From assembly GCF_009914755.1 (NCBI RefSeq), contig NC_060928.1: a stretch of DNA of 64,000 nt; one strand, 5' to 3'. This document shows, piece after piece, positions 1 to 13,194 of this stretch (positions within the stretch are counted from its first letter, which is position 1; the number at the start of each line of letters is the position of its first letter). The notes under the pieces were generated by a model. It searched no databases, had not been told where the DNA came from, and saw only the letters and a list, made by a program, of their open reading frames with translations. Origin of the DNA: the human T2T-CHM13v2.0 reference genome, Homo sapiens. Position numbers and translations under genes: made by a program.

Positions 1-210
1 TCCTGTTCAAGCGATTCTCCTGCCTCAGCCTCCTGAGTAGTTGGGACTACAGGCATGCACCACCATTCCCAGCTAATTTTTATAATTTTAGTAGAGACAG
101 GTTTTCACTGTGTTGGCCAGGCTGTTCTCAAACTCCTGACCTCAAGTGATCCACCCACCTAGGCCTCCCAAAGTGCTGGGATTACTGGCATGAGTCACCA
201 TGCGCAGCCT
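1..210 (-). mobile_element. AluS (Sx/Sz-like), truncated by window edge, adjoining an L1
   Basis: Reverse-complement Alu motifs ctcctgcctcagcctcc, ctcctgacctcaagtgatcc and cccaaagtgctgggatta. L1 sequence begins at 211. Confidence 0.95.
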
Positions 211-3172
211 ATTTTTTGACTTTTTGATAATAGCCATTCTGACTGATGTGAGATGGTATCTCACTGTGGTTCTGATTTGCATTTCTCTAATGATCAATGA
301 TATTGAGCTTTTTTTCATATGCCTGTTGGCCACATATGTCTTCTTTTGAAAAGAGTATCTTTGTGTCCCTTGCCCACTTTTTAATGGGGTTGTTTTTTGC
401 TTGAAATCTGTTTAAGTTCCTTATAGATGCTAGATATGAGACCTTTGTCAGATTCAGTGTGCAAAAATTTTCTCTCATTCTGCAGGTTGTCTGTTTCCTC
501 TGTTGATAGTTGCTTTTGCTGTGCAGAAGCTCTTTAGTTTAGTTAGATCCCATTTGTCAATTTTTGCTTTTGTTTTGATTGATTTTGGTGTCTATGTCAT
601 GAAACCTTTGCCCCTTCCTATGTTTAGGATGGTATTGCCTAGGTTGTCTTCCAGGGTTTTTATATTTTGCAGTTTTACATTTAAGTCTTTAACCCATCTT
701 GAGTCGATTTTTGTATATGGTATAAGGAAGGGTTCCAGCTTTAGTCTTCTGCATATGGCTAGCCAGTTAGCACCATTTATTGAATAGGGCATCTTTTCCT
801 CATTGCTTGTTTTTCTCAGCTTTGTTGAAGATCAGATGGTTCTAGGTGTGCAGCCTTCTTTCTTAGCTCTCTATTCCATTCCATTGGTCTATGTGTCTGT
901 TTTTGTACCAGTACCATGCTGTTTTGGTTACTATGGCCATGTAGTATATTTTGAAGTCAGGTAATGTAATGCCTCCAGCTTTGTTCTTTCTGCTTAGGAT
1001 TGCCTTGGCTATTTGGACTCTTATTTGGTTCCATATGCATTTTTAAATAGTTCTTTCTAGTCTGTGAAGGATGGCATTTGTTGTTTGATAGGAATAGCAT
1101 TGAATGTGTAAATTGCCTTAAGCAGTATGGCCATTTTAATGACATTGGTTCTTCTTATCCATGATTATAGAATGTTTTTCCATTTGTTTGTGTCATCTCT
1201 GATTTCTTTGAGTAGTGGTTTGTAATTCCCATTACAGAGAACTTTCACCTCCCTGGTTAGCTGTATTTCTAGCTATCTTATTCTTTTTGTGCAATTGTGA
1301 ATGGGATGCTTTTCTGATTTGGCTATCAGTTTCGCTGTTGGTTTATAGGAATGCTACGGATTTTTGTACATTAATTTTGTATTGTGAAACTTTGCTGAAA
1401 TTGTTTATCAGCTGAAGAAGCTTTTGGGCCAAGGCTATGAGGTTTTCTAGATATAGGATCATGTCATCTGCAAACAGAGATAGTCTGACTTCCTCTCTTT
1501 CTGTTGGATGCCCTTTCTTTGTTGTCCCATTGCTCTGGCTAGTACTTCCAATATTATGCTGAATAGGAGCAGTGAGAGAGGGCATCCTTGTCTTGTGCTG
1601 ATTTTCAAGGAAAATGCTTCCAGCTTTTGCCCACTTAGTATAATGTTGGCTGTGGGTTTGTCATAGATGGCGCTTATTATTTTGAGGTATGTCCCTTCAA
1701 TACCTAGTTTATTGAGAGTTTTTAACATAAAGGGATGCTGAATTTTATTAAAAGCATTTTCTGTGTCTTTTGAGATAATCATGTGTTTTTTCTCTTTGCT
1801 CTGTTTATGTGATGGATCACATTTATTGATTTGCATTTGTTAAACCAATCTTGTGTCTTTGGGATGGAGCCTAATTGATTGGGATGGATTACCTTTTTGA
1901 TGTGCTGCTGGATTCAGTTTGCAAGCATTTTGTTGAGAGTTTTTGCTTCGATGTTCATCAAGGATAATGACCTAAAGTTTTCTTTTTTTGTTGTGCCTTT
2001 GCCAGTTTTTGTTATCAGGATGGATGCTGATCTCACAGAATGAGTTGAGAAGGAGTCCCTCCTTTGCAATTTTTTGGAACAGTTTCTGTAGAAATGGTAC
2101 CAGCTCTTCTTTGTACATCTTTCAGAATTCAGCTGTGAATCCACCAGGTCCCGGGCTTTTATTGGTTGGTAGGCTATTTTTTATTTATTCAATTTTGGAG
2201 CTCGTTAGTGGTCTATTCATAAAATCATTTCTCCCTGGTTCAGTCTTGGGAGGGTGTATGTGTCCAGGAATTTATCCATCTCTTCCAGGTTTTCTAGTTT
2301 GTGTGTGTAGAGGTGTGTGTAGTAGTTTCTGATGTTTGTTTTTATTTTTGTGGGGTCAGTGGTAACATTCCCTTCATCATATCTAATTGCATTTATTTGG
2401 ATCTTCTCTGTTTTCTTATTAGTCTAGCTAGTGGCCTATCAATTTTTTCAAAAAAAACAACTCCTGGATTCATTAGTGTTTTGAATGGTTTTTCATGTCT
2501 CAATTTCCTTCAGTTCAGTTCTGATTTTGGTTATTTCTTGTCTTCTGCTAGCTTTGGGCTTGATTTGTTCTTGTTTCTCTAATTCTTTCAGTTGTGATGT
2601 TAGGTTGTTAATTTGGGATATTTCTAACTTTTTAATATAGACATTTTAGTGCTATGAATTTCCCTCTTACCACGCCTTAGCTGTGTCCCAGAGATTTTGG
2701 TACCTTGTATATTTGTTCTCATTACTTTCAAGGAACTTCATTTCTGTCTTAATTTCATTATTTATCCAAAAGTCATTCTGGAGCATGTTGTTTAATTTCC
2801 ATGTAATTGTATGGTTTTGAGTGATTTTCATTGTGTTGATTTATATTTTTATTCCACTATGGTCCAAGAGTGTGTTTTGTATAACTTCAGTTCTTTCACA
2901 GTTGTGGAGAATTGTTTTATATCCAATTATGTGATCAGCTTCAGAGGATGTGCTAAGTGGAGATGAAAAGAATGTATATTCTGTTGTTTTGGGGTACAGA
3001 GTTCTACAGAGGTCTATTAGATCCATTTGTTTCAATGTTGAATTCAGGTCCTGAGTATCTTTGTTAATTTTCTGCCTCGATGATCTGTCTAATATTGTCA
3101 ATGGAGTATTGAAGTCTCCCACTATTATTGTGTAGGAGTCTATGTCTCTTTATAGGTCTCTAAGAACTTGCA
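211..3172 (-). mobile_element. 5'-truncated older primate L1 (late L1PA/L1PB-type), degraded ORF2
   Basis: Minus-strand ORF fragments match ORF2p: MGDFNTPL (endonuclease), TRQGCPLS and [10 protein letters not shown] (RT), [14 protein letters not shown] (C-terminal). Many frameshifts. Confidence 0.95.
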
Positions 3173-3553
3173 TCTGTGGTTTATCTTGGGCAGGCATTTT
3201 CTGCTCTCTCCCAGTGGTAGCAGACCAGTGGAGGGTATCACTATGGAATCCAGCCTGCTTTCCTGTTCTCCCACAAACATGGAGTTTTTCTTCCATTCTT
3301 CTCCCAGCCACAATCATTCTTTGTGCCCCATGAGTGTAAGTTTTTGTTCCCTTGCCTCAGTGGCTTAAGGAGTTTGGTTCACAGGAGAGAAGGGACCCAA
3401 AAAGGGGTGAGAGAGACTTTGAGGTTTTCCCTAGGAGCCACAGGTTACCTCCTGCATGCCTATGCCCCCAAAGAAAGATGGTCTCTGCGGTCTCCTGTCC
3501 TGCCCTCAGGAGCACCCAGTGAAACCTAATAGAAAAGTTCTTGCTAGTGAGTG

Positions 3554-3915
3554 TGCTAGAGTCTGAATGTTTGTGTCCCTCTTCAAAATTTATATGCTGA
3601 AATCCTAACCTCCAAAGTGATGGTATTAGGAGGTGGGGCCTTTGGAAGGTGATTAGGTCATGAGGCAGAGCCCTCAGAAATTGGGATTAATGTCCTTATG
3701 AAAGAGGCCCAAGGGAGCTCATTCTGCCTTTCCACCATGTAAGGATGGAGTAAGAGGATGCAATCTATAAGGAACAGGCTCTTAACAGTCACCAAATCTA
3801 CTGGCAACTTGATCTAGGACTTCCCAGCCTCCAGAACCATGAGAAATAAATTTTGCTGTGTATAAGCTACCCAATTTATAGTATTTTGTTATAGCAATCC
3901 AAAGAGACTAAGAGA
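3554..3915 (+). mobile_element. MLT1A-type MaLR solo LTR
   Basis: Starts tgctagagtctgaatgtttgtgtcc, contains ggtattaggaggtggggcctttgg and ggacttcccagcctccagaac..gagaaataaa, ends gactaag. Confidence 0.88.
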
Positions 3916-3919
3916 GCGA

Positions 3920-4225
3920 GTACTCATTTATTTCAGATTGGCATGCTAGTCCACACTTGGCCTTGAACAATTAGTTAAAATTTTTACTGATTTCTTCTTA
4001 CCAGCTTAAGTGGCCCTTGTGTCTTCCCCCAGTAGTTAAGATACTTCATATTCCATGGACTTGTCACTCCTTGGAATTTAGGCTTCCTTGTGACCTCAAC
4101 TCTCTTATAGGTTCAAGAAAAGTTACAACTTTAGCGTTTATCTGAGTTTTTCTCCTTGTTAGGTTGGGTGGAAGTGGCATACATTCTAGCTTTTTACATC
4201 CTAGGTGAAAATGGAAACTGCAAAC
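3920..4225 (-). mobile_element. Ancient L1M 5'-region fragment, probably continuing 3175-3550
   Basis: tgtgacctcaactctct..ggttcaagaaaagtt..agctttttacatcct resembles reverse-complement L1M 5' ends. Highly diverged. Confidence 0.4.
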
Positions 4226-5286
4226 TTACCTTTATTTTTAATAAATATCTGGCCCTTGTTCAGTTCTTTAAGCCCTGAAGAACTACAGGTGACTATAAAT
4301 GCAATTAAGAAGTCTTTCAGGCACCCTACATCATTATACAGAGAAAGCAATTTTTGTCACAGTATCTACCTCCAGGGCTCACTTTTCAAATGAACCTTTA
4401 AAAATATGTTTCTTCTTAACAATCAGAATAGTTATCAAAGAAGAATATAGAATATATTTCCACTGAAGTATTTAAAAGTAACTACAACTCTACGATACTA
4501 GATAATATGTGAGATATGATACAATATTCAGTAAAATGTGGTTTAGCCTTGAACCTAAACAAGTGTATTTAATATAATTCTATAAGAACTTCAGTCTAAA
4601 TTAGTCTCATCAGTAAAATAATCCCATAAAATGGAAACTGAGAGTTAATAATAGGATGATTTCAAATCAAATTTATTACATTTGGCCTTCTTGAAAGCAG
4701 CACAGGACAAGCTGTTTTTCAAGGATCCACCAGAGCTGTGAGTTTTATATTTGTATGTTTCTTATATTTAAAGATGTAATAATATTCATTTGTAATATCT
4801 ATTCTTTTCCATACTTCTCTGTAGAGTCCATGACTTAAGTAACAAATACTACCTGGCCACAGTTTTATTTTTTCAACAAAAATATAACTGAATGCCTAGT
4901 ATAAGCCACATATTGCATATATAAAGTTGAAAAGGAATGGTCTATATCTTCAAAATATTTATAATCTCTGTTTGTGAGACATAGATCAGAATAATGCAAT
5001 GTGATCATTCCTAATAGTCAATAGGAACAATGGAGCAATGGAAACGGATGAATAAGAATTAGGACTGATAGAATAACAAAAATATAAAAGAAGAATAGTT
5101 GACTCTAGGCAAACTCAGCAAGGCCAACACATCATACCTTGAAACATATGTTTAAATATAAGCTACTCAAGAGATGAGGCAAGATTTCACTTCACTATCA
5201 TAGGGACATGGAAAGATTTAAATTTTCAGAATAAAAATTAAAATGACAAATTCAGCCATCCTAATGACTTTGGTCAAAGTTAGTGA

Positions 5287-5590
5287 AGCCAGACATGGTG
5301 GCTCACACCTGTAATTCCAACTACTTAGAAGGCTGAGGCAGGAGGATCACTTGAAGTCAGGAGTTTTAGACTAGTCTGGGCAATATAGTGAGACCCCATC
5401 TCTAAAAAACTTTTTTAAAAAAATATTAGGTGTTGTGGCATGTACCTGTAGTCTGTTACTCAGGAGACTGAGCTGAGAGGATCACTTGAGCCCAGGAGTT
5501 AAAGGCTGCAGTGAACTATGATAGCACCATTGCACTCCAGCCTGGGTGACACAGTGAAACCCCATCTCTAAAAAATAATAATAATAAAAT
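5287..5590 (+). mobile_element. AluJ
   Basis: Dimeric Alu with J-type ggatcacttgagcccaggag and gcagtgaactatgat. TSD aaagttagtga at 5276-5286 and 5591-5601. Confidence 0.95.
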
Positions 5591-6215
5591 AAAGTTAGTG
5601 ATTAACACAAATAAAAACTAGTTAAGGGATGGGGAATGGAAGCAAATGTACAAAACACAATATAATTGTAATAATGCTAATCCATTGAGTCATAAATGAA
5701 AACTTTACTTAAAAGCAGGGACAGTAATTGGTAAATGTGTAACAGTAGAAAAAATCACAGGGGATTATAAGAAGTCATGAAATAAATCCAGCATTTATTT
5801 TTAACACTGAACAAATCTAAAAATCCTTAGACTTTAGAGGCAATATAAATCTCAAGAGTGACTAGAATTTGGAAACCTTTGAGAAAACTAGAATTTAAAA
5901 AATCATCTAACTGAAACATGGTCTGCTGAGAAGCACCACAAAGAAAACAGGAGATTTCTACTTTTATGTGGCAAGCCAAATTAGCTGTGCTATCCTCTCA
6001 ACATTCAACAAGTCAATTCCTGAAGGGCTGCAAGAAGGCATATGCTCTATGAGCCAGAAAAGTGTTTTCACCTTAAACTGAAAAACAAATCTGTCCTGAA
6101 ATGACTTTTCTCTTCATTTGCCACAACTAGAAGATAATTGCTCCCAGTTTTGCTTTGGAACAGACTTCAGATGTATTAAAACCTTTAATATTTTGTCATT
6201 GTCTCTAAGTTGTAA

Positions 6216-6325
6216 CTACTTGGTATTAAAATGATAAATTTTAAAAATGAACTTATATATATACATGAACTTAAATATGTATATTTCATTTCATTTTTAA
6301 AATTTATCATCTTAATACCAGGTAG
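6216..6325. repeat. AT-rich inverted repeat with 31-bp arms
   Basis: 6221-6251 tggtattaaaatgataaattttaaaaatgaa is the reverse complement of 6290-6320 with one mismatch. Confidence 0.9.
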
Positions 6326-6399
6326 GATTAAAATAAATATATATAAAGTTCATTTTTGAATTTGATATATTATTTAATAATTAACAAGTAATAAATACA

Positions 6400-6612
6400 T
6401 TAATTATGAACTTAATTATATATTTAAGTTATATATAATATATAATATATTTAAGTTATATATATTATATAATATCTCTTTGTTTATAATATATATTATA
6501 TATTTATATTATATAATATCCCTTTGTTTATTATACATTATATATTTATATTATATAGATCCCTTTATCAATTATAACAAAGATATAACATATATATCCC
6601 TTTGTTTATAAT
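6400..6612. repeat. (TA)-rich minisatellite, ~40-bp period
   Basis: Recurrent atatc(c/t)ctttgttta motif near 6472, 6516, 6557 and 6594, embedded in tata runs. Confidence 0.8.
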
Positions 6613-6964
6613 TTCCCCTCCAAGACAATATCTGTAATGTAAAGTACCCAGAAATAAAGAGCTTTAATAAAATGTAGCCAATAGAAACCGAAATGGAAGA
6701 GTTCATTAAAATTCCTATCAGGAGTAGAGCTTTCATGCTCTCTCTGCACTCAAGTCCAGGAGTTCCCTTGACCATGACTTTCAGTCAAATAAGTGAGCAC
6801 CTTTGCCATCACAGCACCTAATAACACAGGAGTGTTAACAGCATTTGTCTGGAGTGTGTTTCATCACTCATTATAGCTGCAAACCTATTGGTGTCAAGTT
6901 GAAGTCTAAGGCTGGGATGGCAGGTGGGCAGCCAGATTGAGACCAATCTATTATTAATTTTAAA

Positions 6965-7070
6965 AAATTACAGAGTACCTACTCTGCTAGGCACTCTACC
7001 AGGTGTTTTGGATAAGTCAGTGAACAAAACCACATATTTGATAGTGCCTACATTCTATGATAAGTAACAT
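6965..7070 (-). mobile_element. L2 3'-end fragment
   Basis: gagtacctactctgctaggcactct..gtgaacaaaac matches the reverse-complement L2 tail. Confidence 0.55.
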
Positions 7071-10000
7071 GCCCACAAGGGCCATAATCAACCACAAAGT
7101 GAAGGGGGTTCAGTAATAATAATAGGAAACATATATTAGGTATTAATTATGCACTGAACACTTCTCTTCCCAGAGGTTTATATGTATCAATGAAAGGTAA
7201 GTCTAATTACTATTTATGATGCACTTTGTAAAATATTTAAGCATAAAATTTAGCCTTGTAACAACACGGGCCTGGACCTAAAACTCAGCTATTATAATCA
7301 GCAAACAAGCAACCAAGAACTAACTAGGAGATGAGAGTCTTCAGTTTTAAAAAATAAAGTACCCCAGTTTTGCCTTTGGCTCACTCAGTATGTGGATTTT
7401 CCTTGGAATCTACTGTAACAATGAAAAACAACCCAATTATGGAAAATCGAGACATTCTTAGGGCTGGAACATCTTGTACCAATAAGAGAAAAGAATATTG
7501 TATGTGCATAAGGAAACCAGCTCATAACTGAAGGCACGTTGTTCTGCAATAATAAGATCACATGATATTTTAACTATGAGAAAAGAAAACTACACAAGAG
7601 AAACCTCCTGAATAAAAATTTGCCTGTCTGCCAAAATTCAATATAAAATAATTTCAATTCAATTCAGAAGGCTGCTGTGGGCTCTTGAGTCTTTGCCAAG
7701 GATTCCTGGCTATCACTTGCAAACCACCAGGAGTACCCAGCAGAGTACCTGGCACATACAGCACAGAGGAAACAGGCTCTTGATACATTTAGTTGAATTG
7801 ACCTGAACTTTCAAATGAAAAATGGCACTGTCCATGGACAGCAATAGAGTGAATGGGGGGGAGGGGAACATTCAATCCATCCTTGATTCCAAGAAGATAA
7901 GTTTAGACATCTTCAGTTTCTATTATGTATGAATTTCATAATTTGTGCATAAAGAGGTAACTTCATCTCTTAGGTGGTATTACGTTAAACTGTACCCCAC
8001 ATGAAGAGTTTGCTCTAAGCCAGAGACCTTAGAAATTAAACTTGCTTAATGTCAAATAAATTTTTACACACTGCAAGTATGATAAACTATTTTGGATTAA
8101 TGGGTTCTTTCCTAAAACCCAAAACAGATTAAAGACTTCCTTACTCCGGAATAGGATCAAACCAGAAGAAGGTTTTAAATGCAGAGGAGTTTGGAAAGAG
8201 GGCCCTGATCTTTTTCATCCAATAGAATAAACATGCTTAAATCTATGACTGTGTAGACTGTATTTATTACAGAATTTAGGACAGTAGTCGATCCACTGAA
8301 ACTCTGTTCTCAGTAGCAACCATTCCATTTCCTCAACCCTACTTAAGCTTCAATTCAGAGTCAACCAATTATTTTTCTCTTTCTTTCAACCAAACTTCAC
8401 ATGCTTTGACGGCAGTCCAAGGAATACTTGAAGGATAGGTGTGGTAGTTTGCTTCCATTGAAATAAAATCTATTCATTTTTTCCTACTAGTTTAGCTTGT
8501 AAGTAGTTTACAAAAATTATATACATAAATGTACTCTAATTGATCAAAAGACTAATATTGACTCAGTTCATATTAGTATTGCCACTGCCTCTTTCTATTT
8601 GTTCTCTACTAATAGACAGAGAAAATGCAAGTTTTAGCTGGCAGTAAACGTAATCCAATCAATCACCCTTAAAACAGATTCCAGTAAAGAAAATAAATAC
8701 TGATACTAAAAAGTAAAAAAGGGTATATTACATTATTTCATAAGACCCATTGTATGATTGGTTTCTGGACACTGTTTAATTTAATGGAAGAAACTAGCAT
8801 TGAAACACACCAACATATTTTCCATTTTCAAATAAAAAGTTTTGACCTGAGTTTTGTTAGATGGCTGCCTTGAAATATTTGAATTATTGAAAATAGGCTT
8901 GACATAGTATTCCATGAAGTATGCATGCTTTTACAAGTTTGAATGCATTTATTTATAGGTTAACATTTTTAAAAGTTTGTGTGCTATAATGCATCTATCT
9001 CTAAATATTTATGAATGTACTTCCCCATTAAGTCAGGAGACAGGAATGGAAAAACTAAGAAACATTCTCCATAGAGTGGATATATTCAAATGTCAATTTT
9101 TTAAAAGGAATGAATCCAATATGCTAATTTTAAATGCATTTCAAGGGTCTTTCGGCCTAAAATCAACACTTCCAATTAAAGGAAACTTCCAACATTAACT
9201 ACCTTATGAGTCATACCAGAGGTTATAGTCTGTTAGGAAATAGGCCAATATAAAGAAAGAAGAACTAGAAGGAAGTGCAAGGTTTTTATGATTCTTGGTA
9301 AGGCTGATTTAGGCAGATTCTGAGATCTGCTGTCTAATTATTTAGTCTTCTTGTACTTTTAACTGGATTAGGGGAAAGGATCCTTAGTTTCTTCACAAAA
9401 AGAAAAAAACTTTTCTCTTAGTTGTTTGATTGGAAAATTATCAAAGACATCAAAGAAAAAGTAGTTCGAACAGAGAAGAAGGACTTTTCATGATATTCTA
9501 TGTGAAAAGTGAGAACAAAAAAATCTGGTCCGAATGATAAAACATTCCCTTCCATAACCAGCCTCCAGATTTTCTCTTGTTTGAATATTTGTGACATTTT
9601 GACTTAGAAAATATACTTTCCTTAAGAGCTGGTGGACATTCCCAAAGAAACATGATCTTCTAACACCTTTTTCTACCATTTTCTGTTTTAATAATTAAGG
9701 AGTAGAAGACCAACACAGTAAACAATGTTAAAATAGTCTTTATATTCCCAGAAACACAGAAGGGGGCAGAGATGAAAAATTCCCAAAGAAATATTAGATG
9801 AGGAATATTTTGCATCTCCAATGTCTGTAATTTCTGTTTATACTGTGACACAAATAAATACATCTAGTTGGTGTGATGGTAAGGTGGTTAACTTTCATAT
9901 ATCTTGAAGTTCATTTTTAAAATTTCTGCTTTTAATTTTAAAGTTATGGGACTATATTTAGTTTTTTATTTAGTTATAATTCACTTTCAAATAAATCCAA

Positions 10001-10661
10001 CCCTTGAGAACTTCATCTAAAGAGTTTATCATATTCACAATAAAATACCAATTTCTTCTTTTTGTCTTTCCAGTTCTCAAAAGATGTACATATAATAGTT
10101 TCTCTTAAAAGAAAAAGCTTTACATAAATAAGTTCTTGTTTTATTTTAAAATTAACATAAAAATAATATCCCATAAGCATGTCACCTAATATAAGCATTA
10201 TCCTATTTTTGTATATTCCCTTCACTGTTCTTGTATATTCTCTTTAAATAAACATTACTTTATATGTTTTTCATATTGCAATTATCACATACATCAAATA
10301 TTGTACCCTCTTTTTCCTATATAACATTAAATAAAATTGCCTTTTCACATGTGTAATTTTTATTAGAAGCACAATATTCTATTAATTTAATTAAACTTTT
10401 AAGTATTCTATTTATTATTTCTTAAGTAAATCTTTACTTAAATAAAATGCTTATCTTTTTAACTTCTTCATGTATTTCTGGATCCTTTCCAGATTGAGTA
10501 GTGTGATCCAGGACTACTGCAGCAAAAAAATGTGTGGACATCTTCTAGATCAGTTACTCCAGTACCTTGATCTCTGTATGTTTCTCTAGTATTCTCTCAG
10601 ATAGTTTCATGTAATGTGGGTAGATGGTATACACCTTGTCCTAGCTTTTTTCAATATTTTA

Positions 10662-10925
10662 GTTAATTAAACTCAACTGCACCATTATTTTTCCTAACTA
10701 CAAATTTAAATCTTACTTTTTTTTTCAAAAGCAGCCAGCAAATTAATTACCTTTGATACTATTCCAGGACTATGATGTATTCTTTCTTTCTTTCTTTATT
10801 TTTGTCGCGGTTAAGGAATGGTTAATCCATTTGCTTAGTTCATTTGTAAAATCCATGACTTACAAGTTTTAAACCAAACTCCAACCTTTTAGGTCTCACC
10901 AATACATTTACAATAAAGGACAAAC
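10662..10925 (+). repeat. Diverged direct duplicate of 12126-12376 (copy A)
   Basis: Shared collinear blocks cagccagcaaatta, tattccaggactatgatgtatt, ttaatccattt.cttagttcatttg and actccaaccttttagg.ctcac. Confidence 0.9.
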
Positions 10926-11377
10926 TCTCACACCAAAAAGTGTTGATAAGAAGTGTAGGTAACAGAAAGGCTAGATGGTATACAGCTCATACAGGTGTGT
11001 GGAAGCTGCCCAGGCCTGGAAAATTCAGGAGGGCATAGCCTAGGAAACCTAATCGCACCTGCTCATGTGACTCCTTGAGGTCAGTGCTGTCTCCTGGTCC
11101 TTACCTCACAGTGGAACTTCTCAAATGTGCTGACTCTGGATGGGTTTTCATCAGGGTGTGTTTTCACTCCTTCCCCATGGCATGCTAGACACTGAATCAA
11201 GATTCAGTTTGAAAAATCTTTGCCACGGACTTAGTTGCTCCCAGTTTCCACCTGCCAGCAGCCCAACTGCCTGCACCACCATCTGCTTTGTCTGCCACCT
11301 TCTGCATGTAGTTAGGTCATGCTGTCAAAACAGGCTAAGAGTGAGAGCAAAGGTTTAATTCCACGAAGATTGGCATT

Positions 11378-11408
11378 TCTCTCTCTCTCTCTCTCTCTCT
11401 CCCTCTCT
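11378..11408. repeat. (TC)n microsatellite
   Basis: Direct observation. Confidence 0.9.
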
Positions 11409-11789
11409 GTCTTCTCTCATTTTTTCCGGTGTTTACCAAAGAGACGTTTCCTGATTCCTCTGGGCTCCCTTTGTCCCACTGGACCATCAAAAGCACTTTC
11501 CTGACCACCTTGTTCTCTTACAATACTCTAAAATAGAGCATTCTTGCACTGCAGCAATGTTATAATAGATTCAAAATTGCTAAATCATTTTCAGAAAGAG
11601 TTATTCCAGTTTGCACCATCACCAGAAATAAGTAAGATTTTGTAGACTTCTTGGTAGCATTGTCTTTCCTGAATTTTTTCTTGTTTTAGTTTAGTACCAA
11701 CAAATGTTCTGGGATCCAAGATGGCCTCAAAACTCCTTTTGCAAATAATACATAGCAGCAACAATAAAACCTGTAAATTATAGAGTGTC

Positions 11790-11970
11790 AGTTATATGCC
11801 TGGCATTTTACATGCTCCGTTTTATTTATCCTTAAACAACCCCAGGCAATAGTTATTATTTCCCCCAGCCAGCATGTAAGAAAAGCGAGAATCCAAAAGA
11901 ACAACTTGTGCATATCCATAGCCTCAGTGGGGAGTGCGGGCATGACTCCAGCCCATGCGCCTCTGAACTT
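11790..11970 (-). mobile_element. MIR
   Basis: tatatgcctggcattttacatg..tttatccttaaacaacccc matches the reverse-complement MIR tail and core. Confidence 0.55.
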
Positions 11971-12125
11971 AGCTACCTCACAGCTGTCTATGCCAAGGTA
12001 GCTCAAAGCTAGCGGGCTATAATCCAGTGCACTTTTCACTCAGTATTCCTTTTCAGAGGTGCCATTACCTGCTCATTATCACATTGTTCAAATGAAATTC
12101 CAATGGCATAATGAATTAAAGTCTA

Positions 12126-12376
12126 ATTAATTAAACTTAACAACATCATTTTTTTCCTCACTACACATTTGAACCTTATTTGTTCTTTCAAAAACAGCCA
12201 GCAAATTAGTTACCCTTGATATATTCCAGGACTATGATGTATTTATTTATTTGTTTGCCCCAGTTAAGAAAATGATTAATCCATTTACTTAGTTCATTTG
12301 ACATTTTTGAAAAATCTGTGGCTTATAACTTTTAACTCCAACCTTTTAGGACTCACAAAATTTTATTAGGACAAAA
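12126..12376 (+). repeat. Diverged direct duplicate of 10662-10925 (copy B)
   Basis: Same collinear blocks as copy A. Confidence 0.9.
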
Positions 12377-12545
12377 TGTGATTTTTCTTGGGGGTCAAAA
12401 TAGAGAGGAATTCTCTGTAGTTTATGGTATTTATGATATATGATCCCAATCTGAATATTAAATCACTTACAAAATAGTATCTCAAAGATATCAGCTTAAC
12501 TAAATCAGTGGTTCATGTGCCATGTGGTTAAAAATATCCTCATGT

Positions 12546-13194
12546 CGAAATAGGAAGGCTTTTACGTTGTTGGTGGGAGCATAAATTAGTTCAGCCATTG
12601 CGGAAGACAGTGTGGCGATTCCTCAAGGATCTAGAACCAGAAATACCATTTGACCCACCAATCCCATTAGTGAATATATACCCAAAGGACTGTAAATCAT
12701 TCTACTATAAAGAGACATGCACATGTATGTTTATTGCAGCACTATTTACAATAGCAAAGATTTGGAACCAACCCAAATGCCCATCAGTGATAGACTAGAT
12801 AAAGAAATTGTGGTACATATACACCACGGAATACTATGCAGCCATAAAAAGAATGAGTTCATGTCCTTTGCAGGGATATGGATGAAGCTGGAAACCATCA
12901 TTCTCAGCAAACTAACACAGGAACAGAAAACCAAACACCACATGTTCTCACTAATAAGTGGGAGTTGAACAATGAGAGCACATGGACACAGTGGGGGAGC
13001 ATCACACAACAGGGTCTGTCGGGTGGTAGGGGCAAGGGGAGGGAGAGCATTAGGACAAATACCTGACGTATGCAGGGCTTAAAACCTAGATGATGGGTTG
13101 ACAGGTGCAGCAAACCACCATGGGACATGTATACCTATGTAACAAACCTGCACGTTCTGCACATGTATCCCAGAACTTAAAGTAAAATTAGAAA
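12546..13194 (+). mobile_element. 5'-truncated L1PA7/8-like 3' end
   Basis: ORF2 C-terminus (CTCMFIAALFTIAK.WNQPKCPS) plus 3'UTR. Perfect 16-bp TSD aaaaatatcctcatgt at 12530-12545 and 13195-13210. Confidence 0.95.

Noticed and set aside
9240-9870. Possible processed pseudogene from overlapping short ORFs
   Set aside because: No recognisable protein, poly(A) tail or TSD.
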